Shown here piece after piece: positions 50,066-59,499 of a stretch of DNA of 64,000 nucleotides. The notes under the pieces were generated by a model, which was not told the origin of the DNA, ran no database searches, and saw nothing but the letters and a program-made list of their open reading frames with translations. Origin of the DNA: an uncultured Dehalococcoidia bacterium (GTDB lineage: Bacteria > Chloroflexota > Dehalococcoidia > Lucifugimonadales > CAJWER01); the NCBI GenBank assembly GCA_964608025.1, contig CAZSLO010000023.1, positions 193,578-257,577 on the forward strand, read 5' to 3'. Position 1 is the stretch's first letter. Every line of letters begins with the position of its first letter. The position numbers were made by a program, and so were the translations under genes.

Positions 50066-50968
50066 TTATCCTGACCTTATTACCTCAGATAATGCGCGAA
50101 TATGTCTTGGGGTTGTACCACAACATCCACCTAGAATATCGATTCCTTGGCCTGCCATGTACTTGAAGTAAGTGGCCATGAATTCCGGCGTTTCTGGATA
50201 CACGATTTGACCCTGACGAATGTCAGGGATACCAGCATTGGAGTGTATTAGTATAGGGGCTGAGGTTGCGTCTCTCATCTCCTTAGCAATTTCTAACATC
50301 GTTTCAATACCATTTCCGCAATTCGCCCCTACTATATCGGCACCGCTTTTAACAAGCTCTTCTGCGGCTTGTCGCGGGGTTGTTCCCATCATTGTAAAGA
50401 AGCCACGTGGCCCCTTGTCAAACGTCATTGTGGCCATGATGGTAAGTTCAGTATTTTCTTTTGCTGCTTCGATGGCTAAAAACGATTCCTCGAGCGAGTA
50501 CATTGTTTCAATCAAGATGGCGTCTGCCCCGCCTTCTGAAAGAGCAGTTATTTGCTCAGCGAAAGCGTCTTTCATTTCGAGTTCGCTGACATTACCTAGT
50601 GGGTCTAGGAATTCTCCGGTTGGCCCGACGCTGCCCACCACGAAACCCTGTTGGGGGGCTTGGCTTTTTACATGCTTGGCGGAGAGGAGGTTAAATTCCC
50701 TGACTCGGTTTTCGTGCCCGTATTTCTTTAGCATAAATCGATTTCCACCGAACGAGGCTGTAAGCACCAAGTCTGAGCCTGCCTCAAAGTATTCTGCTGC
50801 CATCTTTTTAATCAATCGAGGCTCTGTAGCATTCATTTCTTCGGGACATCCCCCTGGTTCCAACCCGTGCGATTGTAACCAAGTTCCTGTAGCGCCATCT
50901 GAAATTAACGGCCTTGACGATGAGATCTGCTCTAAGATCCCGGTTCCAGAGTTTTTAGTCCCGGTCAT
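50066..50968 (-). CDS. Homocysteine S-methyltransferase domain protein (stand-alone Hcy module of a split MetH)
   Basis: SDGATGT, GSVGPTG, IETM, GANCG, SNAGIP, GGCCGTTP (three Zn Cys). Confidence 0.92.
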   Translation of the reverse strand: MTGTKNSGTGILEQISSSRPLISDGATGTWLQSHGLEPGGCPEEMNATEPRLIKKMAAEYFEAGSDLVLTASFGGNRFMLKKYGHENRVREFNLLSAKHVKSQAPQQGFVVGSVGPTGEFLDPLGNVSELEMKDAFAEQITALSEGGADAILIETMYSLEESFLAIEAAKENTELTIMATMTFDKGPRGFFTMMGTTPRQAAEELVKSGADIVGANCGNGIETMLEIAKEMRDATSAPILIHSNAGIPDIRQGQIVYPETPEFMATYFKYMAGQGIDILGGCCGTTPRHIRALSEVIRSG

Positions 50969-51305
50969 CGTTAATCCAATGGTCTATTGCTCCGGGAGTA
51001 GGATTTCGGTTCCCGGATAAGTGTAGATCACGTATGCGAGCTACGAAGTCGAGAGGTAAGCCGCCATTAATACGACCCGCCGTATATTCTGCAGCGTCGT
51101 TGGCGGATCCATCTATATCTAGGTAATTGCCCCATTCCCATGCGTTCAGGTAATCGTCAGTCCCGGCACTTCCGTCAAACATGGATATGGCATCGGCTGC
51201 CTCTTGAAATCTCGGTTCTAGAGGTTTCGAGATTGTGCCATAGCTATCTGTAGCCTGAACTTGTACAGGTATTTCCTTCCAGTACATTACCCGAACTTTG
51301 GCCAT
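50955..51305 (-). CDS. 'Virulence factor' (Virulence_fact/CvfA-like) domain protein
   Basis: MYWKEIPVQV...RFQEAADAISM...TDDYLNAW signature; GGAGG SD; overlaps the Hcy-methyltransferase gene. Confidence 0.75.
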   Translation of the reverse strand: MAKVRVMYWKEIPVQVQATDSYGTISKPLEPRFQEAADAISMFDGSAGTDDYLNAWEWGNYLDIDGSANDAAEYTAGRINGGLPLDFVARIRDLHLSGNRNPTPGAIDHWINDDRD

Positions 51306-51412
51306 TTCTAAAATTACTACCTCCGGTACCTATTTCGGTATCTATTGTCGGAATGCCTATTATATCGAGTTATAGTTGGGCCGGTCGAACTGCTAGAGAA
51401 GAATAGCCGAAG

Positions 51413-51441
51413 TTGACCATATAAATCTCGATTGTTACACT
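51413..51441 (+). promoter_or_regulatory. Sigma70 promoter of the amidase gene (near-leaderless)
   Basis: TTGACC, 17 nt, TACACT preceded by TG; ATG 9 nt downstream. Confidence 0.65.
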
Positions 51442-51450
51442 CAAGTTGAT

Positions 51451-52869
51451 ATGGAAAACGAACTGGAATTTGCTCCTGCTTGGAAAATCCGACAACTTGT
51501 AAGTGATGGTGAGATTTCCCCGGTTGAACTGACAAAAATGTTCCTCGACCGGATTGATTCCCTTGATTCTCATCTCAACTCTTACCTAACTGTAACGGCT
51601 GATAGGGCCCTTGCCGCTGCGCATGTAGCCGAAGAAGCAGTGTTGAATGGTGATCACCTAGGACTTCTTCATGGAATACCTGTATCGATCAAGGATTTAG
51701 AGATGTCTGCAGGAGTCCGCACTACTGGTGGCTCTCTTTTATTTGAAGATCGCGTGCCAAGTGTTGATTCGTCCGTCGTTCAGAGGGTTAAATCTGCGGG
51801 AGCGATTATACTTGGTAAGACAAATACGCCCGAATTCGGATTGCTTGGCCATACTCAAAATCGACTTGGTGACCATTGTCGAAATCCATGGAATACTGAC
51901 CGAACTACAGGAGGGTCGAGTGGTGGTGCCGGGGCCGCTGTAGCTGCTGGACTCTGCTCCTTGGCGACAGGTAGCGATGGTGGAGGATCAATACGGATTC
52001 CTGCTTCCTTCTGTGGGATATACGGCATTAAGCCTACCCAGGGAAGGGTACCGTTGTATGCAGGTACTCCAGGGACGCCTTTCGCTAATCACTTCAGCCA
52101 GTCTGGACCTATGAGTAGGACTGTTAAAGATTCTGCAATATTACTCCAAGCCTTGGCAGGCCACGACACGAATGATGTGAATAGCCTTAGGGTAGTACCC
52201 GGTGATTATATAGCTGCTGTAGATGACGATATCGGGCAGCTAAAGATTGCGTGGAGTCCGGATTATGGATATGCGGCGGTTGAACCTGAAATTATTTCTA
52301 AGTGTGAGCAAGCAGTGCGTGTATTTGAAGAACTAGGTTGTATTGTTGAAGAAGTAGATCTAGATATCAAATCACCCTTTGAGGAATTTTGGACCTTGTT
52401 CACTGCGGTATCAAATGCTAGATATGAATCACTTATCGGGGGCAACTCCGATTTGTTAACTGACTATGGACGCGAAGCCATTGAGTCTGGCGCTCGGGTC
52501 ACTGGACCCGAATATGCTCGCGCTTTAGGGGTACGTGCAAATTTGATCTCACGGTTTGCAACTATATTTGACAAATACGACTTGCTTGTGTCCCCAACTC
52601 TTTCAGTAGGAGCTTTCCCTGTAGGGGAACCACCTACTGAAATTGCAGGCAAACCAGTACATCCATTTTGGGGATTCTTACCATTTACATATCCGATTAA
52701 TATGATTGGTAATCCAGCAGCCAGCATACCCGCTGGTTTCACAGCCGAAGGACTCCCGGTAGGCCTCCACATAGTAGGCCAGTGGGGTGATGAAGAGACT
52801 GTGGTTGCTGCATCTTCTGCCTTTGAAAATGCGAGGCCTTGGAACAACATCCAGCCACCCATTTCGTAG
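51451..52869 (+). CDS. Amidase signature family enzyme
   Basis: [32 protein letters not shown] (Ser-cisSer-Lys triad). Confidence 0.92.
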   Translation: MENELEFAPAWKIRQLVSDGEISPVELTKMFLDRIDSLDSHLNSYLTVTADRALAAAHVAEEAVLNGDHLGLLHGIPVSIKDLEMSAGVRTTGGSLLFEDRVPSVDSSVVQRVKSAGAIILGKTNTPEFGLLGHTQNRLGDHCRNPWNTDRTTGGSSGGAGAAVAAGLCSLATGSDGGGSIRIPASFCGIYGIKPTQGRVPLYAGTPGTPFANHFSQSGPMSRTVKDSAILLQALAGHDTNDVNSLRVVPGDYIAAVDDDIGQLKIAWSPDYGYAAVEPEIISKCEQAVRVFEELGCIVEEVDLDIKSPFEEFWTLFTAVSNARYESLIGGNSDLLTDYGREAIESGARVTGPEYARALGVRANLISRFATIFDKYDLLVSPTLSVGAFPVGEPPTEIAGKPVHPFWGFLPFTYPINMIGNPAASIPAGFTAEGLPVGLHIVGQWGDEETVVAASSAFENARPWNNIQPPIS

Positions 52870-52976
52870 AAAACCACTAAGTAGTTATTGTTTAAGGTTT
52901 CCATATATCTGAAGCAATCTGTGGGTTGATCACTGTCTGGGAACCGATCATGATTGGGATCTGGCTACACCTACTC

Positions 52977-53714
52977 TTAAATCTGATCTGAGGCGCCCTG
53001 CTTTTCTCCTATTAGGATAGATACGGTGCCTAAACCCAGGCTTTTTTTTCGTAAAACTAGCAATCCGGAGTCCTTCACCGCGTCGGCGATCTCATCGGCG
53101 CTCATGAATCCTTCTACCGACTCTGGAAGGTATGTATAAGCTTCTCTGTCACCTGCAAAAAACGTTCCCATCCATGGAGTGATATAACGAAAATATATTG
53201 GTAAAAGAAGCGGTAGCAAACCCTTGCTCTTCATCCGGACTATTTCGAGAATAATAAGCCGACCGCCAGGCTGTATAACTCGAACCATTTCCGAAAGTGC
53301 TGCTGGTATATCAATAAAATTACGTAAACCGAATCCAACGGTAGTGTAGGTAAAAGTGTTGTCCGCGAATGGCAAGGAGTGGGCGTCTCCTGCAATGTAA
53401 TTTATAGTACTTGTTGTTGCACGCCGGTCTGATTTCTCTATTGCTATCGGCAGCATAGGTTTGGCGAAATCCAGACCCACAATTTGATCCACCTCGGGTT
53501 GCATTGCAAGCTCGATAGCGAAATCTCCTGTTCCTGTTGCTATATCAAGCCCCGGGCCCTTGAGGTCGGTAATCGCAATTTCCACAGCGAGTCTACGCCA
53601 AGCATGATGTCGTCCGGCAGTCATGATGGTATTAAGCCGGTCATAGCGACTTGATATTCGAGAAAACATCTTCTCAACGTACTGGGCTCGATCTTGGCCT
53701 GTGAGATTTACCAT
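52977..53714 (-). CDS. menG: Demethylmenaquinone methyltransferase (UbiE/MenG)
   Basis: MFSRISSRYDRLN, LDIATGTGD, GDAHSLPF, FGLRN, AYTYLPES. Confidence 0.9.
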   Translation of the reverse strand: MVNLTGQDRAQYVEKMFSRISSRYDRLNTIMTAGRHHAWRRLAVEIAITDLKGPGLDIATGTGDFAIELAMQPEVDQIVGLDFAKPMLPIAIEKSDRRATTSTINYIAGDAHSLPFADNTFTYTTVGFGLRNFIDIPAALSEMVRVIQPGGRLIILEIVRMKSKGLLPLLLPIYFRYITPWMGTFFAGDREAYTYLPESVEGFMSADEIADAVKDSGLLVLRKKSLGLGTVSILIGEKQGASDQI

Positions 53715-53727
53715 TGTGGGGATGGTC

Positions 53728-55287
53728 CTAAATCCTAAATTTTGCGAGAGACATTGTAGCTTTTGGAAGTGCGGGGAGCAGATCACTAGCTAACATCCCA
53801 CTGTCTCCCAACTCTTGGCTCACAATAGTTGCAGCTAACCCATGTAGATAAACTCCGAGTTGCCCTGCTTCATAAGGGTTCAGTCCTTGTCCAAGAAGCC
53901 CAGCTATAGTACCAGCGAGCACATCACCAGTTCCCGCGGATGCTAGCGCAGGGTTCGCGAATGGACTTATGGAAGCTTGGCCGTGTCCGTTGGCAATGAT
54001 TGTAAATGCGCCTTTCAATACAACTATTTGATCCCACTGCTTTGCAGCATTTAGGGCTACTGAAACCCTATCCTCTCCAATTTTTGGGGTAGATATCCCT
54101 GTTAGGCGTGACATCTCCCCAGGATGAGGAGTTGTAATAGTAGGTGTGGTTAGGTATTGCCACCAGTTTTCCTTTGTCGCAAGAAAATTTAACCCATCTG
54201 CGTCGACAACAGTAGGAGGAAGACTATTTCCGGATAATAAAAGCCCGTTTAGCATAGATTGGTTATCTTCAGACATACCTATTCCACAGCCGACAAGTAG
54301 TGCGTCATAAGTCTCGAGTACTTCAAGTATCTGTCCTGCGGCTTTGGGTGAAGGAGAACCGTTAACTGTTTCATCTAGTGGTAGATAAGTGGCCTCTACG
54401 GCTCTTGGCGATACCGATGATTGGAGGCTTTTTGGAATCGCTAGCGTTACGAGGCCAACACCGACGCGGGCTGCTGCATTCGCAGCCAGGGATGCTGCGC
54501 CGACATAATTACTCGATCCTGCGACAATCATTAATCGACCAAATGTGCCCTTGTGTCCAGATAGGGGTCTATATGGTAGCTTTGATCCAGCCAGAGCCGG
54601 CGCCAAAAGCCCGATATTAAAATCGGAATCGATGTTATCAGGTAGCCCGATATCTACAGTTTCGATTTGACCAGCTAGGCTCGCTCCCGGGAATTTATAT
54701 AGGCCGATCTTAGGCCTGCCGAGACTAACCGTTATGTCGGCCTTCAAACAATTTGGATCGGCTTCACCAGTGTCGGGATTGACTCCCGAAGGAAGATCTA
54801 TCGATACTATTCTCAATTGGGGACGCCTTGTCTTTTCATGGGAGACTGCTCCAATCACCTTCTTAACTGCGCCTTCTACGGGTCGTGAACAGCCTGTTCC
54901 CAGTATTGCATCTACAACGATTTCACACGATGCGAGAATCTTTTCTACATCCCTAGATCTCCCGTCCTGGTATGGGTGTATTAACTGTGTGCCTTGCTCT
55001 AGTACAGCCAATAGCTTCAAATCATTTTCTGGTCTAGCGGCTACTAGACAGACGGTTACGCGCCCGCCCCATGAGCTGAGTTTTCGAGCAACTACTAGTC
55101 CATCACCGCCGTTATTACCCTTGCCAACAAGCACAAGAATATTCCCGCCCATTCTAGTGGAGAGTTGATTTCTGATGCGCTTGGCTACTTCTAGCCCAGC
55201 GTTTTCCATGAGAACATCAGATGATATTCCGAACGCCTCGGCCCGACGTTCGAGAGTTCGCATTTGTTCTGAGGTGACTATTTTCAA
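53728..55287 (-). CDS. nnr: Bifunctional NAD(P)H-hydrate epimerase/dehydratase
   Basis: LMENAG, GKGNNGGDG, DLPSG, HKGTFG, VDADGLN, TPHPGEM, LKGA, AGTGDVLAG. Confidence 0.95.
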   Translation of the reverse strand: MKIVTSEQMRTLERRAEAFGISSDVLMENAGLEVAKRIRNQLSTRMGGNILVLVGKGNNGGDGLVVARKLSSWGGRVTVCLVAARPENDLKLLAVLEQGTQLIHPYQDGRSRDVEKILASCEIVVDAILGTGCSRPVEGAVKKVIGAVSHEKTRRPQLRIVSIDLPSGVNPDTGEADPNCLKADITVSLGRPKIGLYKFPGASLAGQIETVDIGLPDNIDSDFNIGLLAPALAGSKLPYRPLSGHKGTFGRLMIVAGSSNYVGAASLAANAAARVGVGLVTLAIPKSLQSSVSPRAVEATYLPLDETVNGSPSPKAAGQILEVLETYDALLVGCGIGMSEDNQSMLNGLLLSGNSLPPTVVDADGLNFLATKENWWQYLTTPTITTPHPGEMSRLTGISTPKIGEDRVSVALNAAKQWDQIVVLKGAFTIIANGHGQASISPFANPALASAGTGDVLAGTIAGLLGQGLNPYEAGQLGVYLHGLAATIVSQELGDSGMLASDLLPALPKATMSLAKFRI

Positions 55288-55492
55288 AAGCTAAGCGATC
55301 ATATATATAGTTTGAGTATAATGGCCCGATTCTAGCACAGAGGTTTAGTGGGGCTGTTTTTTATTGACAATACCTACTAGATAATTCCAGAACCACAGTT
55401 GGCTACGGGCCCTCAAGCTATATATTTATACTAGGAGCCCTACATAGTTACAATTTCACTCGAATAGAAGATAGGCGATAGGAGATAGTCAT

Positions 55493-56602
55493 ATGGGATT
55501 ACGTTACAAGGCTGCGATCGTAGGGTTAGGTAGGATTGCGACAATGATCGATGATGAGGTGGTAAATGCTGGAAGCCCCCGCCACGTATTACCTATGAGC
55601 CATATGGGTAGTTATATCGATGTGCAAGAAGTAGATTTTGTAGGAGGGGCAGATCCTTACAAAGAACAACGGGATGCATTTGCTAAAAAACATGGTTCTA
55701 CTAATCTTTACTCGGATTATAGGACTATGATTGAGAAGGAACGCCCGGATATCGTTTCTATATGTACTTCAGCTCGTCCTCGAGCCGAAATTGTGACTAC
55801 GATTGCTAGTATGAATGCTGGCGTCAAGGCAATTTGGGCCGAGAAGCCTATCGCTTTAACATTGGAAGATGCAGATCGGATGGTGGATGTATGTAAAGAC
55901 TCTGGAATAATTTTAGCGGTTAATTGTGCGCGTAGATGGGACTCTTGGTATAGCAAGGCTAGGGAGATAATTGACTCCGGAGAAATCGGAGAAGTAATGC
56001 AGGTAACGGTATATCAGGTTGGGAATCTGTCTCATAACTCTCATATGATTAATCTGGCACGATTTTTGGCTGGTGGTAATGGGCAAGTCAAATGGGTTTA
56101 TGGGGATCTTGAGAGCGACGAGATAGCACAAACAGACGACGATCTTGGTGGGATTTCATACCTAGCTTTTGAGAATGGAGTACGTGCTTTGGTTAGGCAA
56201 GATAAGTGGAAATATTCAGAGTCTGAGGTGATCGGTTCTGGGGGTCGAATTAAGATAATCAACGATGCACAGGAATTGGAATTATGGATAAACAGTCAAA
56301 CTCTTGGCTATGAAAGTCAGGTGAGACATCTTTTTCCTAGACGACAGAAGATTGAAAGCGCAACAGTCCGCGCGGTTCGAGATCTCATACATTGCATCGA
56401 GACTGGGAACGACCCGGCGAGTTCAGGTATGGATGGACGCCATGATCTAGAAGTAGCCATAGCTGTTCGTGAATCACATAGGCTTGGTGGAGTCAAGGTA
56501 GATTTGCCAATCTCCGATAGGACAAAGAGAATCAATTCCTATGAAACACTTCTGAGTGCCGAAGATCTCCCACGTGCTCTTCAGAAACAGCGTAATTCAT
56601 AG
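55493..56602 (+). CDS. Gfo/Idh/MocA-family oxidoreductase
   Basis: IVGLGRIA, PDIVSICT, AEKP, GEIGEV. Confidence 0.9.
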   Translation: MGLRYKAAIVGLGRIATMIDDEVVNAGSPRHVLPMSHMGSYIDVQEVDFVGGADPYKEQRDAFAKKHGSTNLYSDYRTMIEKERPDIVSICTSARPRAEIVTTIASMNAGVKAIWAEKPIALTLEDADRMVDVCKDSGIILAVNCARRWDSWYSKAREIIDSGEIGEVMQVTVYQVGNLSHNSHMINLARFLAGGNGQVKWVYGDLESDEIAQTDDDLGGISYLAFENGVRALVRQDKWKYSESEVIGSGGRIKIINDAQELELWINSQTLGYESQVRHLFPRRQKIESATVRAVRDLIHCIETGNDPASSGMDGRHDLEVAIAVRESHRLGGVKVDLPISDRTKRINSYETLLSAEDLPRALQKQRNS

Positions 56603-56687
56603 GAATGATTAATCGCCATTAACGATAATTTAAGGGTGATATATAGATATTCATATTGTCTTCGATACGGCGTGACCGCGTAGTCGA

Positions 56688-58490
56688 TTACCAGCTTAGT
56701 GCATAGCAGGCTCGACGAGGGTCTGCACCTGTACTAAGGACACCAGTATCTAAGTCTCTTTTGGAGACTGTAGCCCCCATCCCACAGACCGCTGCCTGAA
56801 CTACTTTATGGCCTAGCTGTGACAATGCGTCGGCAGTCTCGGTTGTAAAGCCTGGTTCTAGCGAAAGTTGGCCTGGGTAAACGATATGGGGATAGAAAGA
56901 GTCAGGGGCACTATCAGTGGCAAATCGAGGAGCTTCTATGGACTCTTGGGTATTCATATTGAAAATGAGTGTATTGAGGATAAGTTGGAGGTTACCTTGA
57001 GCCTGATGATCACCTCCTGGACAGCCGAATGTCATGGTAGGGACACCGTCTTTGATCGCGATGTAATTTACCAGAGTAGTACGAGGGCGCTTGCCTGGTT
57101 CAATTACATTTGGGTGTCCGTCAGTCAGGTTAAACATCTCTATTCTGGTACTGAGAGCGAATCCCAATTCAGGGAAGAACACTGATTTACCAAAAGAGCC
57201 TCCGCTAGGAGTGGCGCAGGCTAGATTACCGTTGTTGTCAATTGCGGAGATATGAGTAGTCCCGCCCTCACCGCCGGGATCACCTGTAAATACATGTGGC
57301 GTTTCTGGCACGGATCCCTTTGATGGGTAATGCTTGGTAAATATCCAAGGGTTCCCTTGGTCTGGTAGGTTAGGTGTAGCGTGGTTTTGGTTAATCATCG
57401 CCGCACGAGCGACTCCATATTCTTTGGAAAGCAGACCATGTACAGGGACATCTGAGTATAATGGGTCGCCGTAAAATGCTTGCCTGTCTGCCAATGCCAG
57501 TTTTAGTGCTTCTGTGACGGTGTGGATATAAATGGGAGTGTTGTGACCCATTGATTTCAAATCAAATTGCTCAAGAATATTTAATGCCTGCAGTAGAACT
57601 GCGGCTTGCGACCAGGTTCCTTGGCAACAAATTTCGTGCCCCGCGAAAGTTGTTCGCAACGGCTCTTCAAACTTGGATTCGTACGAGCCTAGATCATTAT
57701 ATCCAAGTATGCCACCTACATTAGAGGAAGAATTTGATATCAACTTTGCAGTTTTGCCAGAGTAGAATTCTTTGATTGCAGACTGAAGCCGTTCGGAACG
57801 AGTCCCTTCTGAATTTGCCTCTGCATTTGCCATAGCAGTCAATGTTGTGGCCAGCCCGGGTTGTATAAGTAGTGAACCCTCTTTTGGAAGTTGGCCGTTG
57901 TCATAGAAGATTTCTGTGCCACCAGGAGGAAATAACTTGAATTGCTTGGTAGTTGACGCCGCGCCTAGGGCATTTATCATATATTGGTAGTGTGGTATTC
58001 CTTGTACCGCATATTGTATTGATGGACCAAGGACCTCTCCCAGGGATTTAGTTCCATATCTGTCTAATAATGAAATTGTGGCATGCACCACGCCCGGTAC
58101 AGTGAAAGCTAGTGGTGCCTGATCTCCGGGTCCCGTAGGTATAGAATTTAACCCTTTGGATTTGTAGAAATCTGTATTTGCTCGACTTGGTGCTACACCT
58201 TGACCACTAAGAGAATACAAGTCGCCTGATTGTGCGTCATAGAGCATGAATACGCTCTCGGCGCCTAGAGAATAAGACGCGATTGGTTCGATAACAGATG
58301 CAGCGAAGACAGAGGCAGCTACCGCGTCAAATGCATTCCCTCCCTCCAACATCATTCGCATGCCTGCCATAGATGTGAGGTAGTGTCCGCTTGATATCAC
58401 GCCCTGTGTACCAAAGACGACCGGTCGGCTGGTTTTTGGACGTTCTGTAGCGTCTGTATCGGCCTTCTTGACTTCTTTAGGTTCTGCCAT
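56688..58490 (-). CDS. Gamma-glutamyltransferase family protein
   Basis: GGNAFDA, VPG, LALADR..YGDP, GTTHISAID (N-terminal nucleophile Thr), PGKRPRTT, PGG, GADPRR. Confidence 0.92.
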   Translation of the reverse strand: MAEPKEVKKADTDATERPKTSRPVVFGTQGVISSGHYLTSMAGMRMMLEGGNAFDAVAASVFAASVIEPIASYSLGAESVFMLYDAQSGDLYSLSGQGVAPSRANTDFYKSKGLNSIPTGPGDQAPLAFTVPGVVHATISLLDRYGTKSLGEVLGPSIQYAVQGIPHYQYMINALGAASTTKQFKLFPPGGTEIFYDNGQLPKEGSLLIQPGLATTLTAMANAEANSEGTRSERLQSAIKEFYSGKTAKLISNSSSNVGGILGYNDLGSYESKFEEPLRTTFAGHEICCQGTWSQAAVLLQALNILEQFDLKSMGHNTPIYIHTVTEALKLALADRQAFYGDPLYSDVPVHGLLSKEYGVARAAMINQNHATPNLPDQGNPWIFTKHYPSKGSVPETPHVFTGDPGGEGGTTHISAIDNNGNLACATPSGGSFGKSVFFPELGFALSTRIEMFNLTDGHPNVIEPGKRPRTTLVNYIAIKDGVPTMTFGCPGGDHQAQGNLQLILNTLIFNMNTQESIEAPRFATDSAPDSFYPHIVYPGQLSLEPGFTTETADALSQLGHKVVQAAVCGMGATVSKRDLDTGVLSTGADPRRACYALSW

Positions 58491-58568
58491 TGATATCCCC
58501 TATTTATGGATCTGTTCAATAAATTCTATCAGTATCTAGAAATTGATTAGAAACTATGTTTTATATTA

Positions 58569-59246
58569 TTAGCTGTCCCTGAGCATCCCTCGCAAGAAAA
58601 TTTTCAAGAGACCTTCGTTAACAGGATTAACTATACGTCGCACTTCATTTCCATCACGATCTATAAGAAATGTGGTGGGAAAATTCGTAACTCGGTATGC
58701 AACAGTTAATTGCCCAAGGAGATCTACGCCAAGTGGATAAGTTATTCCGTAAGTCTCTGAAAATTCCTTGACCTCCTCGCTTTCATCGTATATTGCAATA
58801 CCAAGGAAGATGACCTCTTTCTCTTTATATTCTTCCCATATACGCTGAAGTGCTGGCATTTCAGCTCTACAAGGAGGGCACCAGGTACCCCAGAAGTTGA
58901 GCACCACGACTTTTCCGCGGTAGTTTGATAGATTCACTACTTGGCCATCAATGAGCTCGATTTCAAAGTCCTGTGCCGTCTTACCCGAGCCTAGATCTAT
59001 CTTCCTAGGAGGTCGGCCGGATAGAAATTTGGGGTCAGGAGTAGGGGGTACACTGAGATTGGGAGTTGGGATTGGCATTTCTGTTGCTGCAGGATAATAT
59101 TCGGATATTTGGGATGTAGGAGTCACTGGTTTTTCCAATTCAGCCATTTTTTGAGGCGCGTGAACCCCATTGGGAGATATTTGGGAGCATGCAATAGACG
59201 CCAGTACGTATAGCGCGATCAGACCAATTTCCAGAGGTTTCCACAT
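58569..59246 (-). CDS. TlpA/ResA-family thiol-disulfide reductase, predicted lipoprotein
   Basis: LASIAC lipobox, Pro-rich linker, LNFWGTWCPPCRAEMP, FPTT; TATAAT 7 nt before ATG 59246. Confidence 0.9.
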   Translation of the reverse strand: MWKPLEIGLIALYVLASIACSQISPNGVHAPQKMAELEKPVTPTSQISEYYPAATEMPIPTPNLSVPPTPDPKFLSGRPPRKIDLGSGKTAQDFEIELIDGQVVNLSNYRGKVVVLNFWGTWCPPCRAEMPALQRIWEEYKEKEVIFLGIAIYDESEEVKEFSETYGITYPLGVDLLGQLTVAYRVTNFPTTFLIDRDGNEVRRIVNPVNEGLLKIFLRGMLRDS

Positions 59247-59499
59247 AAAATATATTATAGCCATGCTTGATGACTCGTTGGATTTACTCTGGAAACCCCT
59301 ACACTAGGTACATAGAATCATGTTAATGTGTCTTCCCATATGGAATATCTACAAAAAAGTGGTTCTATATAATCTGTTTTATTCAAACAAGGCCCAAGTT
59401 ACTCTTGGTAGTAAACTAGGGTCGTTAATAGTCTCGTGTATGAAGTCTCCATAGGGAGTTGCATATTCGTAATGGGAGACCTTATTTAGGAGCCAGAGA

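Noticed and set aside
50220-51020. 266-aa plus-strand ORF
   Set aside because: Antisense to the Hcy methyltransferase; Ser/Ile/Pro-rich shadow composition with no motifs. The same applies to the long antisense ORFs over the EF-G paralogue, dnaK and the M16 peptidase.
43305-51305. Wood-Ljungdahl pathway or methanogenesis
   Set aside because: No acsB, acsC/D, cooS or mcr genes are in the window; MeTr-, RACE- and MtaA-like genes alone do not establish these pathways.
51306-51450. Cobalamin or SAM riboswitch ahead of the methyl-transfer cluster
   Set aside because: The region is only 145 nt and shared with the amidase promoter; no B12-box or S-box consensus is visible.
51451-52869. Amidase as gatA
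   Set aside because: No gatC/gatB neighbours, GSDGGGS rather than GSDTGGS, and it lacks the GatA-typical RYDG and RRIxxG segments.
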